This document shows, in pieces, positions 44,404 to 54,814 of a DNA stretch of 58,383 nucleotides. Source of the stretch: Thermotogota bacterium (GTDB lineage Bacteria; Thermotogota; Thermotogae; MWEM01); assembly GCA_034659095.1 (NCBI GenBank), contig JAYEGQ010000129.1, forward strand, positions 1 through 58,383. The letters are read 5' to 3'. Every line of letters begins with the position of its first letter. Position 1 is the first letter of the stretch. The notes beneath the pieces are model-generated. The model made no database searches and was not told the DNA's origin. It saw nothing but the letters and a program-made list of their open reading frames with translations. The position numbers and the translations under genes were made by a program.

Positions 44404-45612
44404 TTGCTTATTTTTGGAATCGGTTTGGGGTTTGCGCTGGCTTTTGCTATTGGTGCCAACGATGTGTCGAATTCTATGGCTACGGCTGTGGGGGCAAAAG
44501 CAATTACACCAAAACAGGCAGTTCTGATTGCAGCAGTTCTAGAATTTTTGGGAGCACTACTTTTTGGAAGCCACGTAACATCCACTATTATGAAAGGGAT
44601 TGTAAAATGGGAGGCTGTAAATGATCCAAATGTTTTGTTATACGGTGCAATGGCTACACTTATTGCTACAACGATTTGGATATTGGTTGCTACATTTTGG
44701 TCTATGCCAATTTCCACAACTCATTCCGTCGTAGGCGGGATGATGGGATTTGGTGTTGTGGCTGCAGGCTGGGGAGCTGTTAATTGGTTTACTATGCTAA
44801 AAATCACCTTAACTTGGATTATATCCCCGTTGTTTGGTGCGTTATTGTCTTATGTGGTTTTTAAGATCATTGCTTGGACAATACTACATAAAGCAAGTCC
44901 TTATTCAGCTGCAAAGAAATACTCGCCTTATTTTATAGCTGCGACTATTTTTATCATTGCCTTTCTCTTCTCCTATAAGACCTTGAAATTGGATATGGTG
45001 TTAACCTTTCTTTTTTCTATTGCATTTGCAGCAGTTGCTTTGCTAATCGTTATAAAAGTTGTATCCGCGAGATTTTCTTTGAAAAACCCGGATGATGAAT
45101 ACGAAGCAGTTGAAAAGGTATTCAGAAAGATGCAGGTGGTCACTTCCTGTTATGTCTGTTTTTCTCACGGTGCGAATGATGTGGCCAATGCCATTGGACC
45201 TTTGGCTTTGATTATTGCCGTTTTAAAAACAGGTGTAGCCGCTGCCAGTGTGGAAGTTCCCGTATGGGTTCTCTTGCTGGGGGGAGCCGGTATTGCTGCC
45301 GGTGTTGCTGTATTGGGTAAAAAGGTCATGAAGACCATCGGTGAAGATATTACCGTGTTAAACAACACCCGGGGTTTTTCAATCGATTTTGGAACGGCCA
45401 CCACCGTTTTGGTGGCATCCGTGATAGGTGTTCCCATATCCACCACACACACGGTTGTAGGTTCGGTCACCGGTATTGGCATGGCTCATGGTATAGAAAT
45501 GGTCAACGTTAGTGTGTTGAAGAACATTTTTTTGTCCTGGCTGTTAACAGTCCCTTTGGCGGCTGTTTGCTCGGGTGGGATTTTCTGTTTTTTACTAAGG
45601 GTAATCGGTTAA
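44404..45612 (+). CDS. pit: inorganic phosphate transporter, PiT family
   Basis: Duplicated signature GANDVSNSMATAVG / GANDVANAIGP. TTG start after AGGAGGGA. Confidence 0.85.
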   Translation: MLIFGIGLGFALAFAIGANDVSNSMATAVGAKAITPKQAVLIAAVLEFLGALLFGSHVTSTIMKGIVKWEAVNDPNVLLYGAMATLIATTIWILVATFWSMPISTTHSVVGGMMGFGVVAAGWGAVNWFTMLKITLTWIISPLFGALLSYVVFKIIAWTILHKASPYSAAKKYSPYFIAATIFIIAFLFSYKTLKLDMVLTFLFSIAFAAVALLIVIKVVSARFSLKNPDDEYEAVEKVFRKMQVVTSCYVCFSHGANDVANAIGPLALIIAVLKTGVAAASVEVPVWVLLLGGAGIAAGVAVLGKKVMKTIGEDITVLNNTRGFSIDFGTATTVLVASVIGVPISTTHTVVGSVTGIGMAHGIEMVNVSVLKNIFLSWLLTVPLAAVCSGGIFCFLLRVIG

Positions 45613-45647
45613 TTTACTTCCTACGTCATTTAAACTTAATATATATA

Positions 45648-45656
45648 TGATATAAT
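45648..45656 (+). promoter_or_regulatory. extended -10 promoter of nagB
   Basis: TGATATAAT. Confidence 0.5.
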
Positions 45657-45702
45657 TCTATGTTATGGGTCTATACTTTATAATAATTAAGAGGTGGTAG
45701 AG

Positions 45703-46467
45703 TTGATTATCAAGCGATATGGGAATAACGAACAGTTGAGTATAAAGGCTGCTGAAATTGTGAAGAAGCAGATTCTTGAAAAACCAAATTCCGTGTTGGG
45801 GCTGCCCACAGGATCATCGCCTATTGGTATGTACAATTATTTGGTTGCCATGTATAAAAGGGGAGAACTCGATTTTTCTTCAGTCACGACTTTCAATTTG
45901 GATGAATATTGTGATTTACCCACGGATCATCCTCAAAGCTACCATGAATTTATGCAAAAAAATTTCTTTCAGCATGTGAATTTAAAACCTGAACACAGGC
46001 ATATGCCAAAATCGGATAAAGTTGATCAACAAAGTGGTTGTGAGCATTATGAGAAGAAGATCCGTCAAGCCGGTGGCATCGATTTACAGATCCTTGGCAT
46101 TGGCAGAAACGGACATATCGGGTTTAACGAACCGGGGACCCCTTTTTCAAGTCGAACCCATGTGATTCAACTGCATCAGGATACAAGGCAGGCCAACGCC
46201 CGATTTTTTAGTTCTATAGATGAGGTTCCAAAAGCTGCTGTTACGATGGGTATTAAAACGATTATGAGGGCTCGCAAAATATTGTTGTTGGTTTCTGGTG
46301 AAGCAAAACAAGAAGCCCTTTATGAGTTGATTCATTCATCTGTTAACGAACAATTTCCCGCCTCTGTTCTCCAGCTTCATCCGAATGTGCTGGTTTTAGT
46401 TGAAGAAAAAGCTTGTGGTCTAAATGAAAAGGATTATTCATTCATAAACAATCAACTAAACATCTGA
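45703..46467 (+). CDS. nagB: glucosamine-6-phosphate deaminase
   Basis: LGLPTGSSP and LGIGRNGHIGFNEPG motifs. TTG at 45703 after AAGAGGTGG is preferred over the track start at 45694. Confidence 0.85.
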   Translation: MIIKRYGNNEQLSIKAAEIVKKQILEKPNSVLGLPTGSSPIGMYNYLVAMYKRGELDFSSVTTFNLDEYCDLPTDHPQSYHEFMQKNFFQHVNLKPEHRHMPKSDKVDQQSGCEHYEKKIRQAGGIDLQILGIGRNGHIGFNEPGTPFSSRTHVIQLHQDTRQANARFFSSIDEVPKAAVTMGIKTIMRARKILLLVSGEAKQEALYELIHSSVNEQFPASVLQLHPNVLVLVEEKACGLNEKDYSFINNQLNI

Positions 46468-46485
46468 CTTTTAAAAGTTCTCAAC

Positions 46486-46514
46486 TTGATAATCCTCCTC
46501 ATTTCTGCTATAAT
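46486..46514 (+). promoter_or_regulatory. promoter of the polar amino-acid ABC operon
   Basis: TTGATA, 17-nt spacer ending in TG, TATAAT. Confidence 0.55.
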
Positions 46515-46627
46515 TATTCATGAAACTTGTTAATTAATTGAGTAATAGATTCGCTTATATTTTTAAATATGCAAAAGCAATATTTATGCTTTTATTTCAA
46601 TAATCATCTTAAAATGGAGGAGATTTT

Positions 46628-47350
46628 ATGAAGAAAGGTTTGTTGTTTTTAATCGTTGTGATGCTTGTTGTTTCATTCGGGTTTGCAAAGGTCTACCGAG
46701 TAGGTACAAGTGCCGGATTCCCGCCTTTTGAATTTGTTGAGAATGGTGAGTATGTAGGGTTTGATATGGATCTTATGAGGGAAATGGCAAAAGAAATGGA
46801 TTTTGAAATTGAAATCATTGATATGAGCTTTGACTCACTGATTGCAGGGCTTGTATCAGGTAATTTGGATGTTATCGCTGCCGGAATGACCATAACAGAC
46901 GAAAGGGCAAAGGTTGTAGATTTTTCAAACGCTTACTGGACAGCAGATCAAAGTATCTCAGTTAAAGAGGATTCTGATTTAAGCATTACGGTTCTTTACG
47001 GAAAACACAATATTGGTGTGCAAACGGGAACCACCGGAGACCTTTGGGTGGAAGAACATTTGGAAAAAACAGGTATTTTAACGGGAAGATACAAACGCTA
47101 TGATACCTTTGTTCTTGCTATGACAGATCTTGTTAATGGAAATTTAGACGCAGTCGTTCTTGATTCCCCCGTTGCCGACAGATTTGCAAAGGTCAGACCT
47201 GTAAAGACAATCGGTGTTATCAAATCTAATGAAAAATATGGTTTAGCCGTAAAAAAGGGTAACAGCAAGTTACTTGAAATCTTAAACGAAGGCTTGAAAA
47301 GACTTGAAGAAAACGGAACCATCGATGAACTGATTGCAAAATACTTCTAA
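46628..47350 (+). CDS. polar amino-acid ABC transporter substrate-binding protein (family 3)
   Basis: Signal peptide, then GTSAGFPPFEF, GFDMDL and MTITDERA motifs. Confidence 0.85.
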   Translation: MKKGLLFLIVVMLVVSFGFAKVYRVGTSAGFPPFEFVENGEYVGFDMDLMREMAKEMDFEIEIIDMSFDSLIAGLVSGNLDVIAAGMTITDERAKVVDFSNAYWTADQSISVKEDSDLSITVLYGKHNIGVQTGTTGDLWVEEHLEKTGILTGRYKRYDTFVLAMTDLVNGNLDAVVLDSPVADRFAKVRPVKTIGVIKSNEKYGLAVKKGNSKLLEILNEGLKRLEENGTIDELIAKYF

Positions 47351-47368
47351 TTTATTTCTTCTAAAAAT

Positions 47369-47393
47369 GCTACGGCCGTAATTTGGCCGTAGC
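47369..47393 (+). terminator. intercistronic stem-loop after the binding-protein gene
   Basis: GCTACGGCC gtaattt GGCCGTAGC, a 9-bp perfect stem followed by TTCTAATT. Confidence 0.6.
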
Positions 47394-47461
47394 TTCTAAT
47401 TATAAATCTACGATGAAAGGCGGGGAGTATCATAGATAAATTTCAACTATTTCTCGATTCA

Positions 47462-48109
47462 ATGCCCCTGTTATTAAAAGGTACTTGGGTTACCATAGAG
47501 ATTACTTTCCTGACGCTGGCATTGGGTATGTTAATTGCTGTGCCGGTTTCTTTTGGACAGGTTTATGGTCCAAAATGGGGGAAAGTCCTGATTGGTATAT
47601 ATGAAAAAATCTTTCGAAGTATTCCCGGGATTGTTATTCTCTTTCTTATTTATTACGGACTTCCAAAAGCCGGTATCAACATGTCACCTTTTTTGGCATG
47701 TATTATCGGTCTTGGATTAAGGAGCGGTGCTTATCAATCTCAGATTTTCAGAGGAGCCATACAATCCATCGATTCAACACAAATGAGAGCCTCCAGATCA
47801 CTTGGCATGTCCAAGATGCAAGGTTTCAGAAATGTCATATTCCCCCAGGCTTTCCGTGTTGCATTACCACCTTGGGCTAATGAATTCACCATCGTTCTTA
47901 AAGATTCATCTTTCGCCTATGCGTTGGGTGTAACAGAGTTATTGAGACAAGGAAGGTACATCATATCGACTACTTACGAACCAATGTTGATTTTCTTGAC
48001 TATAGCGGCAATCTATTTTGTCATTACAATTACGTTGAACAAAAGCTTACAAGCATTAGAGACAAAGCTTACCATACCCGGTTTTGATATAAGGGAGAAG
48101 ATAAAATGA
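47462..48109 (+). CDS. amino-acid ABC transporter permease
   Basis: His/Glu/Gln/Arg-type permease with the EAA-like loop [21 protein letters not shown]. The true start may lie slightly upstream at a non-ATG codon. Confidence 0.8.
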   Translation: MPLLLKGTWVTIEITFLTLALGMLIAVPVSFGQVYGPKWGKVLIGIYEKIFRSIPGIVILFLIYYGLPKAGINMSPFLACIIGLGLRSGAYQSQIFRGAIQSIDSTQMRASRSLGMSKMQGFRNVIFPQAFRVALPPWANEFTIVLKDSSFAYALGVTELLRQGRYIISTTYEPMLIFLTIAAIYFVITITLNKSLQALETKLTIPGFDIREKIK

Positions 48110-48867
48110 GTGAGAATAAACACATCCTTAGAGTTGAAAATCTTAAAAAAAACTTTGGTAGTAACATGGTTTTGAAAGATGTTAGTTTTACTATGGATAA
48201 AGGGGAAACGAAGGTTATCATTGGACCCAGCGGGACTGGAAAAAGCACGCTGCTCACATGTATCAACCAGCTGGTAAAGCCGGACAGCGGGACCATTTAT
48301 CTGAAGGATTTAAACGTTACCCAGGCAGAAGATATGAATAAAATTAGAGCCCGAATCGGTTTTGTCTTTCAGGATTTTGGTTTGTTCTCCCATTTAACAG
48401 CCATGAGAAATGTGATGATTGGACCCATTAAAGTACAGAAAATGAGCAAAGAAGACGCCAAAAATCTTGCCTATGAAGAATTAAAGCGGGTGGGATTGCT
48501 GGAGCATGCGGATAAATATCCGGCACAACTTTCCGGTGGACAAAAACAACGTGTAGGTATTGCCAGAGCATTGGCCATGCAGCCTGAATTGATTCTCTTT
48601 GATGAACCTACATCAGCTTTGGACCCTGAGTTGATTGGTGAAGTTCTGGCTGTTATGAAAGACTTGGCTGACAATAGGATGACAATGCTCATCGTAACTC
48701 ATGAAATGGGCTTTGCAAGAACGGTTTCTGATGAGATCATCTTCATGGAAGCCGGCGTTATTGTTGAACAGGGATCTCCTGAAAAATTGTTTAAAAATCC
48801 GGAACACAAGAGAACTGGTGAATTCCTGTTCAAATTGACAGAGTTATACGGTGAAGGTGACGAGTGA
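48106..48867 (+). CDS. amino-acid ABC transporter ATP-binding protein
   Basis: Walker [10 protein letters not shown], signature LSGGQKQR, Walker [13 protein letters not shown]. Confidence 0.9.
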   Translation: MSENKHILRVENLKKNFGSNMVLKDVSFTMDKGETKVIIGPSGTGKSTLLTCINQLVKPDSGTIYLKDLNVTQAEDMNKIRARIGFVFQDFGLFSHLTAMRNVMIGPIKVQKMSKEDAKNLAYEELKRVGLLEHADKYPAQLSGGQKQRVGIARALAMQPELILFDEPTSALDPELIGEVLAVMKDLADNRMTMLIVTHEMGFARTVSDEIIFMEAGVIVEQGSPEKLFKNPEHKRTGEFLFKLTELYGEGDE

Positions 48868-49541
48868 TGTTTAATAATATCGTAGAAATCGTTGTGAACC
48901 ATTGGCCTTCTTTTCTTGAAGGAGTCGGTATGACCTTGCTCATGGCGTTAATAGCCATGTCTGTAGGCACTTTTTTTGGTACGATACTTGCCTTCTTAAA
49001 GGTTTACAGTAACAAATTTATCGTTGCCATCGTATCCGGTTTTATTGAAATCATCAGAGGAACACCCATGTTGGTTCAAATCTTTATCTTTTATTTCGGA
49101 TTACCTGTTTACGGTATCAGGATGACCGCTTTTGGTGCTTGTATCCTTGGCTTCATTATCAATAGTTCAGCCTACCAAGCAGAATACACCAGAGGGGCCA
49201 TACAATCCATCGAACAAAATCAAATGACAGCCGCACGTTCTTTGGGTATGACAAGAAACCAGTCGATTTTAAGTGTTATCTTGCCTCAAACCATAAAACG
49301 AGCGATACCGGCTTGGACAAATGAGTTTATCTACTTATTGAAATATACTTCTTTGGCTTATATCGTAGGCGCGGAAGAATTAATGGAAAAGGCAAAGGTT
49401 ATTGCCAGTAGGAATTTTCTCTTTTTCGAAGTCTACATTATCGTTGCAATCATCTACTTAATTCTTGTTCTTGTGATGACCTGGTTACTCCAAAAACTTG
49501 AAAAGAAACTTGAGATTCCCGGGTTAGAAACAGTTAGATAA
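48867..49541 (+). CDS. amino-acid ABC transporter permease (second)
   Basis: EAA-like loop AARSLGMTRNQSILSVILPQ. The ATG overlaps the ATPase stop (TGATG). Confidence 0.8.
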   Translation: MFNNIVEIVVNHWPSFLEGVGMTLLMALIAMSVGTFFGTILAFLKVYSNKFIVAIVSGFIEIIRGTPMLVQIFIFYFGLPVYGIRMTAFGACILGFIINSSAYQAEYTRGAIQSIEQNQMTAARSLGMTRNQSILSVILPQTIKRAIPAWTNEFIYLLKYTSLAYIVGAEELMEKAKVIASRNFLFFEVYIIVAIIYLILVLVMTWLLQKLEKKLEIPGLETVR

Positions 49542-49717
49542 AAAAAAGATGCTTGGATACAAAATTTAATAGAGATAAGGACGAACAAGAAAGCAGCAAG
49601 TGTGAAAAAGGTTGCATAAAGCCGTTTGATTTTGATGAAACATTGGTTTATGCTGAAAAATAAGAGAACTAATGCAATACGGTTACCTAACCATTAAATA
49701 ATTATGAAGAAGTTTTA

Positions 49718-49726
49718 TGATATAAT
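49718..49726 (+). promoter_or_regulatory. extended -10 promoter of the family-5 ABC operon
   Basis: TGATATAAT, about 78 nt upstream of the ATG. Confidence 0.5.
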
Positions 49727-49803
49727 TCTTAGAGTTGAGTCAAAACTCAGAGAGAAAAAAGCAGGTGCGTTTGCACCGAAAACAATCTAAAGGAGGAATT
49801 TGG

Positions 49804-52284
49804 ATGCAAAAGAGAATTTCGTTGTTTGTTGTAGTAATTCTTGCGTTATTTGTTGCAATGACATTCGCGGAAGTTATGGGACCATACGCGGACAAAGTCT
49901 ACATCAACACGAGGATGAAAGAGGAGATAGGTTTAAAGGACACAGCAGAAGGATTAACTGATGTTTTCCTTTATGGTGTATCAGGACCCACACTTTATGG
50001 GATGCCAGCTTCAGATCTTGAAAAACTTGAAGTTTATTCCATACCATCAGGCTCATGGTCATTGAACATGAACCCGTATCCGGGAGAGGCACCATATCAT
50101 GCAGAGAGAGACGGAGAGGCAGTATTCAACCCGTTTGCCATTCAAGAAGTAAGGTTTGCCTTGAATTTCTTAATCAACAGACAGTATATCGTTGATGAAA
50201 TTCTTGGTGGTGCAGGGTTCCCACTTTATTGTATGGCAACAGTGGGACAACCAGGTACAATGAGATACAACAAAGTTGCAGAAGAATTCGGTTTTAGTGC
50301 CGAAGGCGACGAAGAAAAGGGTATCGAAATGGTAACAGCTGCAATGGAAGAAGCAGCAGCACTTCCTGGAAATGAAGGAAGACTCGTTAGAGGAGCAGAG
50401 TTCTGGGAATTTGACGGAAAACCTGTTGAAATCAGAATCCTGGTTCGTGTTGACGATCCTAATGGAAGAATGAGAGAAGGCGCTTACGTTGCCGCCCAGA
50501 TTGAAAAAGCAGGAATCAAAGTTGAACAGGCAATGTGGGACAGAGTTAAAGCGATCACAACAGCTTACTACTCCAATCCTGCTGACTACGAATGGAACAT
50601 GTACACAGAAGGTTGGGGAGCCGGCGCAACAAGAAGATACTGGGAACACATTGTTGCACAAATGTACGCACCCTGGTACGGTTACATGCCCGGTGGCGCC
50701 AACCCGGAAAACTGGAATCATTCCAGCCCAATGCTTGATCAGTACACAAAAGATGCATACTACGGAAGATATTTAACAGTTGAAGAATATTGGACACAGG
50801 CTCTTGAAGGCCTGAGAATTGGAATTCAGGAAGCTCTTAGAGTTTACGTTTGTGCACAGGAAGATTTTTATGTAGCAAACAAGGACAGATTTGAACAAAG
50901 ATTTGCTTACGGACTTGGCGATGGCCTGAACGCTTGGATGTTCCTCACAGGTAACACTGAAGATGATATCCTCAGAGTCACACAGTTCTCAGCACAGGGT
51001 GGACTCTTCATGTCCGCATGGGATCCAATCGGTTCAGATGGATTCTCTGATGTATATTCCACAAAAGTATCAAGAACACTTATTGATGCAAGCATGTTTG
51101 AAAGTCCTGTATCCGGACAACAGATTTCACAGAGAGCCGTTTACTCTGGTGTTGTAACAGATGTTGTAAGAGAAGGCGACAAACTGGTTGGAAAATTGGA
51201 AGTTCCAGCAGATGCTATTAAATACAATCCTGCAGCAGATAAATGGGAAGAAGTTGGTGAAGGTGTCACAGCACAGAGTAGAACAACTTATGACTTTGTC
51301 TTCACCAATTGGCATGACGGAACACCCATGGGTCTGAACGACCTTATTTATTTTGACGCATTTGTTGCAAAATGGGCTACACAGAATGATGACAATGATA
51401 AAGAATTCGAAGCAGCATACGCTTCCAAGTTGGCAGAAGGTCTTGACATCACAAAGGGATGGGTTGTAGACTTTGAGAATGACAGAATCACAGTTTACTT
51501 CGACTATAACTTCCCCGCAGACGAAGCAAGAGTTGCCGGATTTGGTGCACCTGCTTACCATGCATCAGCAGCAGGTGGAACAGTATGTGGATCATCCTGG
51601 ACCATTTATGAGGCTATTGCAAGACTTATTACAGATGGTAGTGAATCAGGAGCACAGTATTCTATCTCTGCAGACTCAGAAAATGAAATTGATTTGCTTA
51701 TCCCTGCACATGTAGCAGACATAAAGGCAAAACTCATAGAAATGAGAGATGCCGGTCACGTGCCTGTACAGGTTAAAGACACAATGACACAAACAGAAGC
51801 AGTTGCTGCATACACAAACGCAATCGAATTCATAGAAGAGATGGGTCATGCGTATGTTGGAAACGGTGCTTTCATCCTTTCCGAATACGATCCTGAATCC
51901 AACTTCATGGAATTGACTGCCAATAGAGACTGGGCATGGAGTTCAGATTATTGGATGGATCTCTTTGCAGTACCAACAATTAACATCAACGACGTCAAAC
52001 TTCCAACACTTGTACCTGCCGGTAAGGACTTCGAAATTGAAGTAGACCTTTCCAAACAGATATACCCAAGTATCACACAGGAAAAAGCAGACGAAGGTGA
52101 AGTAGAAATTTACATCGGAGAACTTGAACCTCTTTCAGGTCAAGTAACCAAAGATGGAGAATTCAAGGTCAAGGTTCCAGGATCTCTAACAAAAGAACTT
52201 TCCGGCACAATCGAAGTTATTGTTAAGGCTGAACTCGAAGGTGCAGTACCTGTTGAACAAAGCAAAAACGTGATTTTCTGGTAA
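49804..52284 (+). CDS. ABC transporter substrate-binding protein, family 5 (peptide/oligosaccharide), unusually long
   Basis: ATG at 49804 after AAAGGAGGA. Signal/anchor MQKRISLFVVVILALFVAMTFA. About 826 aa with a C-terminal beta-rich extension (DVKLPTLVPAGKDFEIEVDLS...). Confidence 0.75.
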   Translation: MQKRISLFVVVILALFVAMTFAEVMGPYADKVYINTRMKEEIGLKDTAEGLTDVFLYGVSGPTLYGMPASDLEKLEVYSIPSGSWSLNMNPYPGEAPYHAERDGEAVFNPFAIQEVRFALNFLINRQYIVDEILGGAGFPLYCMATVGQPGTMRYNKVAEEFGFSAEGDEEKGIEMVTAAMEEAAALPGNEGRLVRGAEFWEFDGKPVEIRILVRVDDPNGRMREGAYVAAQIEKAGIKVEQAMWDRVKAITTAYYSNPADYEWNMYTEGWGAGATRRYWEHIVAQMYAPWYGYMPGGANPENWNHSSPMLDQYTKDAYYGRYLTVEEYWTQALEGLRIGIQEALRVYVCAQEDFYVANKDRFEQRFAYGLGDGLNAWMFLTGNTEDDILRVTQFSAQGGLFMSAWDPIGSDGFSDVYSTKVSRTLIDASMFESPVSGQQISQRAVYSGVVTDVVREGDKLVGKLEVPADAIKYNPAADKWEEVGEGVTAQSRTTYDFVFTNWHDGTPMGLNDLIYFDAFVAKWATQNDDNDKEFEAAYASKLAEGLDITKGWVVDFENDRITVYFDYNFPADEARVAGFGAPAYHASAAGGTVCGSSWTIYEAIARLITDGSESGAQYSISADSENEIDLLIPAHVADIKAKLIEMRDAGHVPVQVKDTMTQTEAVAAYTNAIEFIEEMGHAYVGNGAFILSEYDPESNFMELTANRDWAWSSDYWMDLFAVPTININDVKLPTLVPAGKDFEIEVDLSKQIYPSITQEKADEGEVEIYIGELEPLSGQVTKDGEFKVKVPGSLTKELSGTIEVIVKAELEGAVPVEQSKNVIFW

Positions 52285-52310
52285 TTCTTTGATTTATATT
52301 TAAAACTTTA

Positions 52311-52338
52311 ATCGATAGTGCCGAAAGGCACTATCGAT
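52311..52338 (+). terminator. intercistronic stem-loop after the binding-protein gene
   Basis: ATCGATAGTGCC gaaa GGCACTATCGAT, a 12-bp perfect stem with a GAAA tetraloop. Confidence 0.65.
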
Positions 52339-52357
52339 GTTATTTAGGGGGCACTTA

Positions 52358-53404
52358 ATGTATTGGAAATTTGCATTGAAGAGAGTAATAAATGCAGTTA
52401 TTATATATATAATACTGATTTTTATTTTCTCAGCCTTGTTCAATGTACAGATGGAACAGACAGTGTATGCGCAAATTGACGAGGCGATTAAAATGGAAAC
52501 CATGCAGCTCACGGATATGAAACCTGATGAAATACAGAAGTGGGCTGAACAAAGAAAGGAATTCTATTATAAAAGGTACAATCTGGATAAATCTGTTTTT
52601 GAAAGAGTTGTTTTAAGGGCGTTTAACGCCTTAACTTTCAAATATGGAAATTCATCCATCATTAGATCATCAGGCGGAAGCAGAGATGTAAGAACGATTG
52701 TCCTTGAAACGATACCGAGAACCCTTCTTCTTTTCATGACCGCAATGGTGATAGACATCTTACTGGGATTCTGGTTAGGGATCAAAAAGGCACAGAAACC
52801 CGGTAAAGGACTTGATAAATCAACATCCATTGCAACTATGGTTGTTTACGGAATGCCATCCTGGTGGCTGGGAATGCTCATGATCATGGCATTTGCCTAT
52901 ATGTTCAAAGTATTTCCCTCGGGTGGATTTCTCTCCACACCGCCACCCCCGGCCGGTACAATTGCCCGTTTTTGGGATGTCATCCATCATTTACTTTTAC
53001 CCGTCATTACACTTGTTTCGATAGGCTTCTGGGGAAGAGCGTTTCTTACAAGAAACATCGTACTAAGTACCCTTCAGGAAGACTATATAATGTCAGCAAG
53101 AGCAAGGGGTATTCCCGAACGTAAAGTGCTTTACGGTCACGCTCTCAGAAGTGCTGCGCCACCTATAGTCACCATGGGTTTATTGGCCCTTTTGGTTTCC
53201 TTCGGAGGAAATATCATTTTTGAAGGAATATTCAGTTGGCCAGGTATGGGTAATTTATACTGGATCTCTGTTCAGCAAAACGACATCCCCGTTCTCATGG
53301 GAAACCTTTCCCTTACCACAGGCTTATATATTACAGGACTCGCGGTTCTTGATCTCGTATACGGATTCCTGGATCCAAGAATTAAGGTAGGTGGTAAAGC
53401 ATGA
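52358..53404 (+). CDS. ABC transporter permease (OppB/DppB-like)
   Basis: ATG at 52358 after GGGGG. EAA loop YIMSARARGIPERKVLYGHALRSA. Confidence 0.85.
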   Translation: MYWKFALKRVINAVIIYIILIFIFSALFNVQMEQTVYAQIDEAIKMETMQLTDMKPDEIQKWAEQRKEFYYKRYNLDKSVFERVVLRAFNALTFKYGNSSIIRSSGGSRDVRTIVLETIPRTLLLFMTAMVIDILLGFWLGIKKAQKPGKGLDKSTSIATMVVYGMPSWWLGMLMIMAFAYMFKVFPSGGFLSTPPPPAGTIARFWDVIHHLLLPVITLVSIGFWGRAFLTRNIVLSTLQEDYIMSARARGIPERKVLYGHALRSAAPPIVTMGLLALLVSFGGNIIFEGIFSWPGMGNLYWISVQQNDIPVLMGNLSLTTGLYITGLAVLDLVYGFLDPRIKVGGKA

Positions 53405-54807
53405 AGTTAGCTGAAATGAAGGATTCTTTTAAAGAGTTTTGGAGTGAATTTAAAAAGGAGAAAACAGGAGTTATTGGTCTCATATTATTTGGTATTTTCT
53501 TATTCATCGTCATTTTTGAACCCTTCTTGTTACCCTTTGAGGATGCAAATACAAGATGGCGAGATATCTCTTATTGGGAAGATTGGCCAAAATCCGCTCC
53601 TCCGGCATGGACAAATTGGTTTACATCTGATAAAAAGTCAGTAACAGGAACACTGACAGAATATTCTGAAATCTCTCAGGATATGGGCGCGATGGTCATG
53701 AAGGAGTTTGTCTTTGAGTACGATTACCAATACGACGATGCGCCTAATGACATTATTATTCATGGTGATGCCAGCGGACAACCCATTGTTGTTGTCAACA
53801 TTTTAAGACCAGACGGTGAAGAGATTGAGACATTTCAGTCCGCTTACAATGCGGGTGAAAGAACCAAAGACATCAGAATTTCCATTGACAATAGCTCCAG
53901 AGATATTATATACAATTTTGCAAAGGATTTTGAGTCCCAGGAAAATCTCAGAAATGTCAAGCCGGGACTGATTAAAACAACAAATGGAATCTTTTCGAAA
54001 GCCCAAGAAGGAATACTCAGATATCCCGAACCGTTGAAAGGGAACTATCAGATAAAGATTACTGCCATATTACGCGATGAAAATGATAATATGGATACGC
54101 CGTATATCATCATGCCCGGAAAAGTCTCCGGAGTTTTGGGAACCGACTCCCAGAAACGGGACATTTGGACAGGTGTATTGGCCGGCGTAAAGTGGGCCCT
54201 GCTCATCGGAATCCTGACAGCAGTATTTTCGGTAACCATAGGTGTTATCTATGGTGTCATCAGCGCCTATCTGGGCGGGTGGAAAGATGCCCTCATGCAA
54301 CGTGTCTTTGAAGTATTTGTTTCCGTTCCTCTGCTGCCGGTGTTGATCGTTCTAAGTGCGGTGTTTGAGCCCAGTATTTGGATGATGGTCATGTTGATGG
54401 CCATGTTCTTCTGGACCGGCTCAGTGAAAACCGTCCGCTCGATGGCTATGCAAATCAAAGAAGAGACATTCATTGAGGCATCCAAGGCATTGGGAGCCAG
54501 TAACTTTAGAATCATCTTCAAACACATGGTGCCCATCCTGATCCCCTACTCCTTCTCCTCCATGGCCCTGTTCATACCTCGAGCTGTTGTGTATGAAGCA
54601 TCCATCAGTCTATTGGGACTGGGAGACTCACAAATCGTTACTTGGGGACAGATATTAAGCGATGCCCTCAACAGCGGAGCAGTACTGAATGGACTGTGGT
54701 GGTGGGTAGTACCACCGGGACTGGCGATCGCATTCATGGGAATGGCCTTTGCCTTCATCGGTTTCTCCATGGACAAGATACTGCATCCAAAACTGAGGAC
54801 GAGGTAG
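53401..54807 (+). CDS. ABC transporter permease (OppC/DppC-like) with ~200-aa extracytoplasmic insertion
   Basis: TM1, then a long polar loop (residues ~50-250), then the permease core with FIEASKALGASNFRIIFKHMVP. Confidence 0.85.
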   Translation: MKLAEMKDSFKEFWSEFKKEKTGVIGLILFGIFLFIVIFEPFLLPFEDANTRWRDISYWEDWPKSAPPAWTNWFTSDKKSVTGTLTEYSEISQDMGAMVMKEFVFEYDYQYDDAPNDIIIHGDASGQPIVVVNILRPDGEEIETFQSAYNAGERTKDIRISIDNSSRDIIYNFAKDFESQENLRNVKPGLIKTTNGIFSKAQEGILRYPEPLKGNYQIKITAILRDENDNMDTPYIIMPGKVSGVLGTDSQKRDIWTGVLAGVKWALLIGILTAVFSVTIGVIYGVISAYLGGWKDALMQRVFEVFVSVPLLPVLIVLSAVFEPSIWMMVMLMAMFFWTGSVKTVRSMAMQIKEETFIEASKALGASNFRIIFKHMVPILIPYSFSSMALFIPRAVVYEASISLLGLGDSQIVTWGQILSDALNSGAVLNGLWWWVVPPGLAIAFMGMAFAFIGFSMDKILHPKLRTR

Positions 54808-54814
54808 ATAAGAT

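Noticed and set aside
46570-46600. Weak A/T-rich hairpin (AAAAGCA atattta TGCTTTT) in the leader of the amino-acid ABC operon, as a possible attenuator.
   Set aside because: The stem has only 7 bp with two G-C pairs and no convincing U-tract, so its stability is too low to argue for regulated termination from sequence alone.
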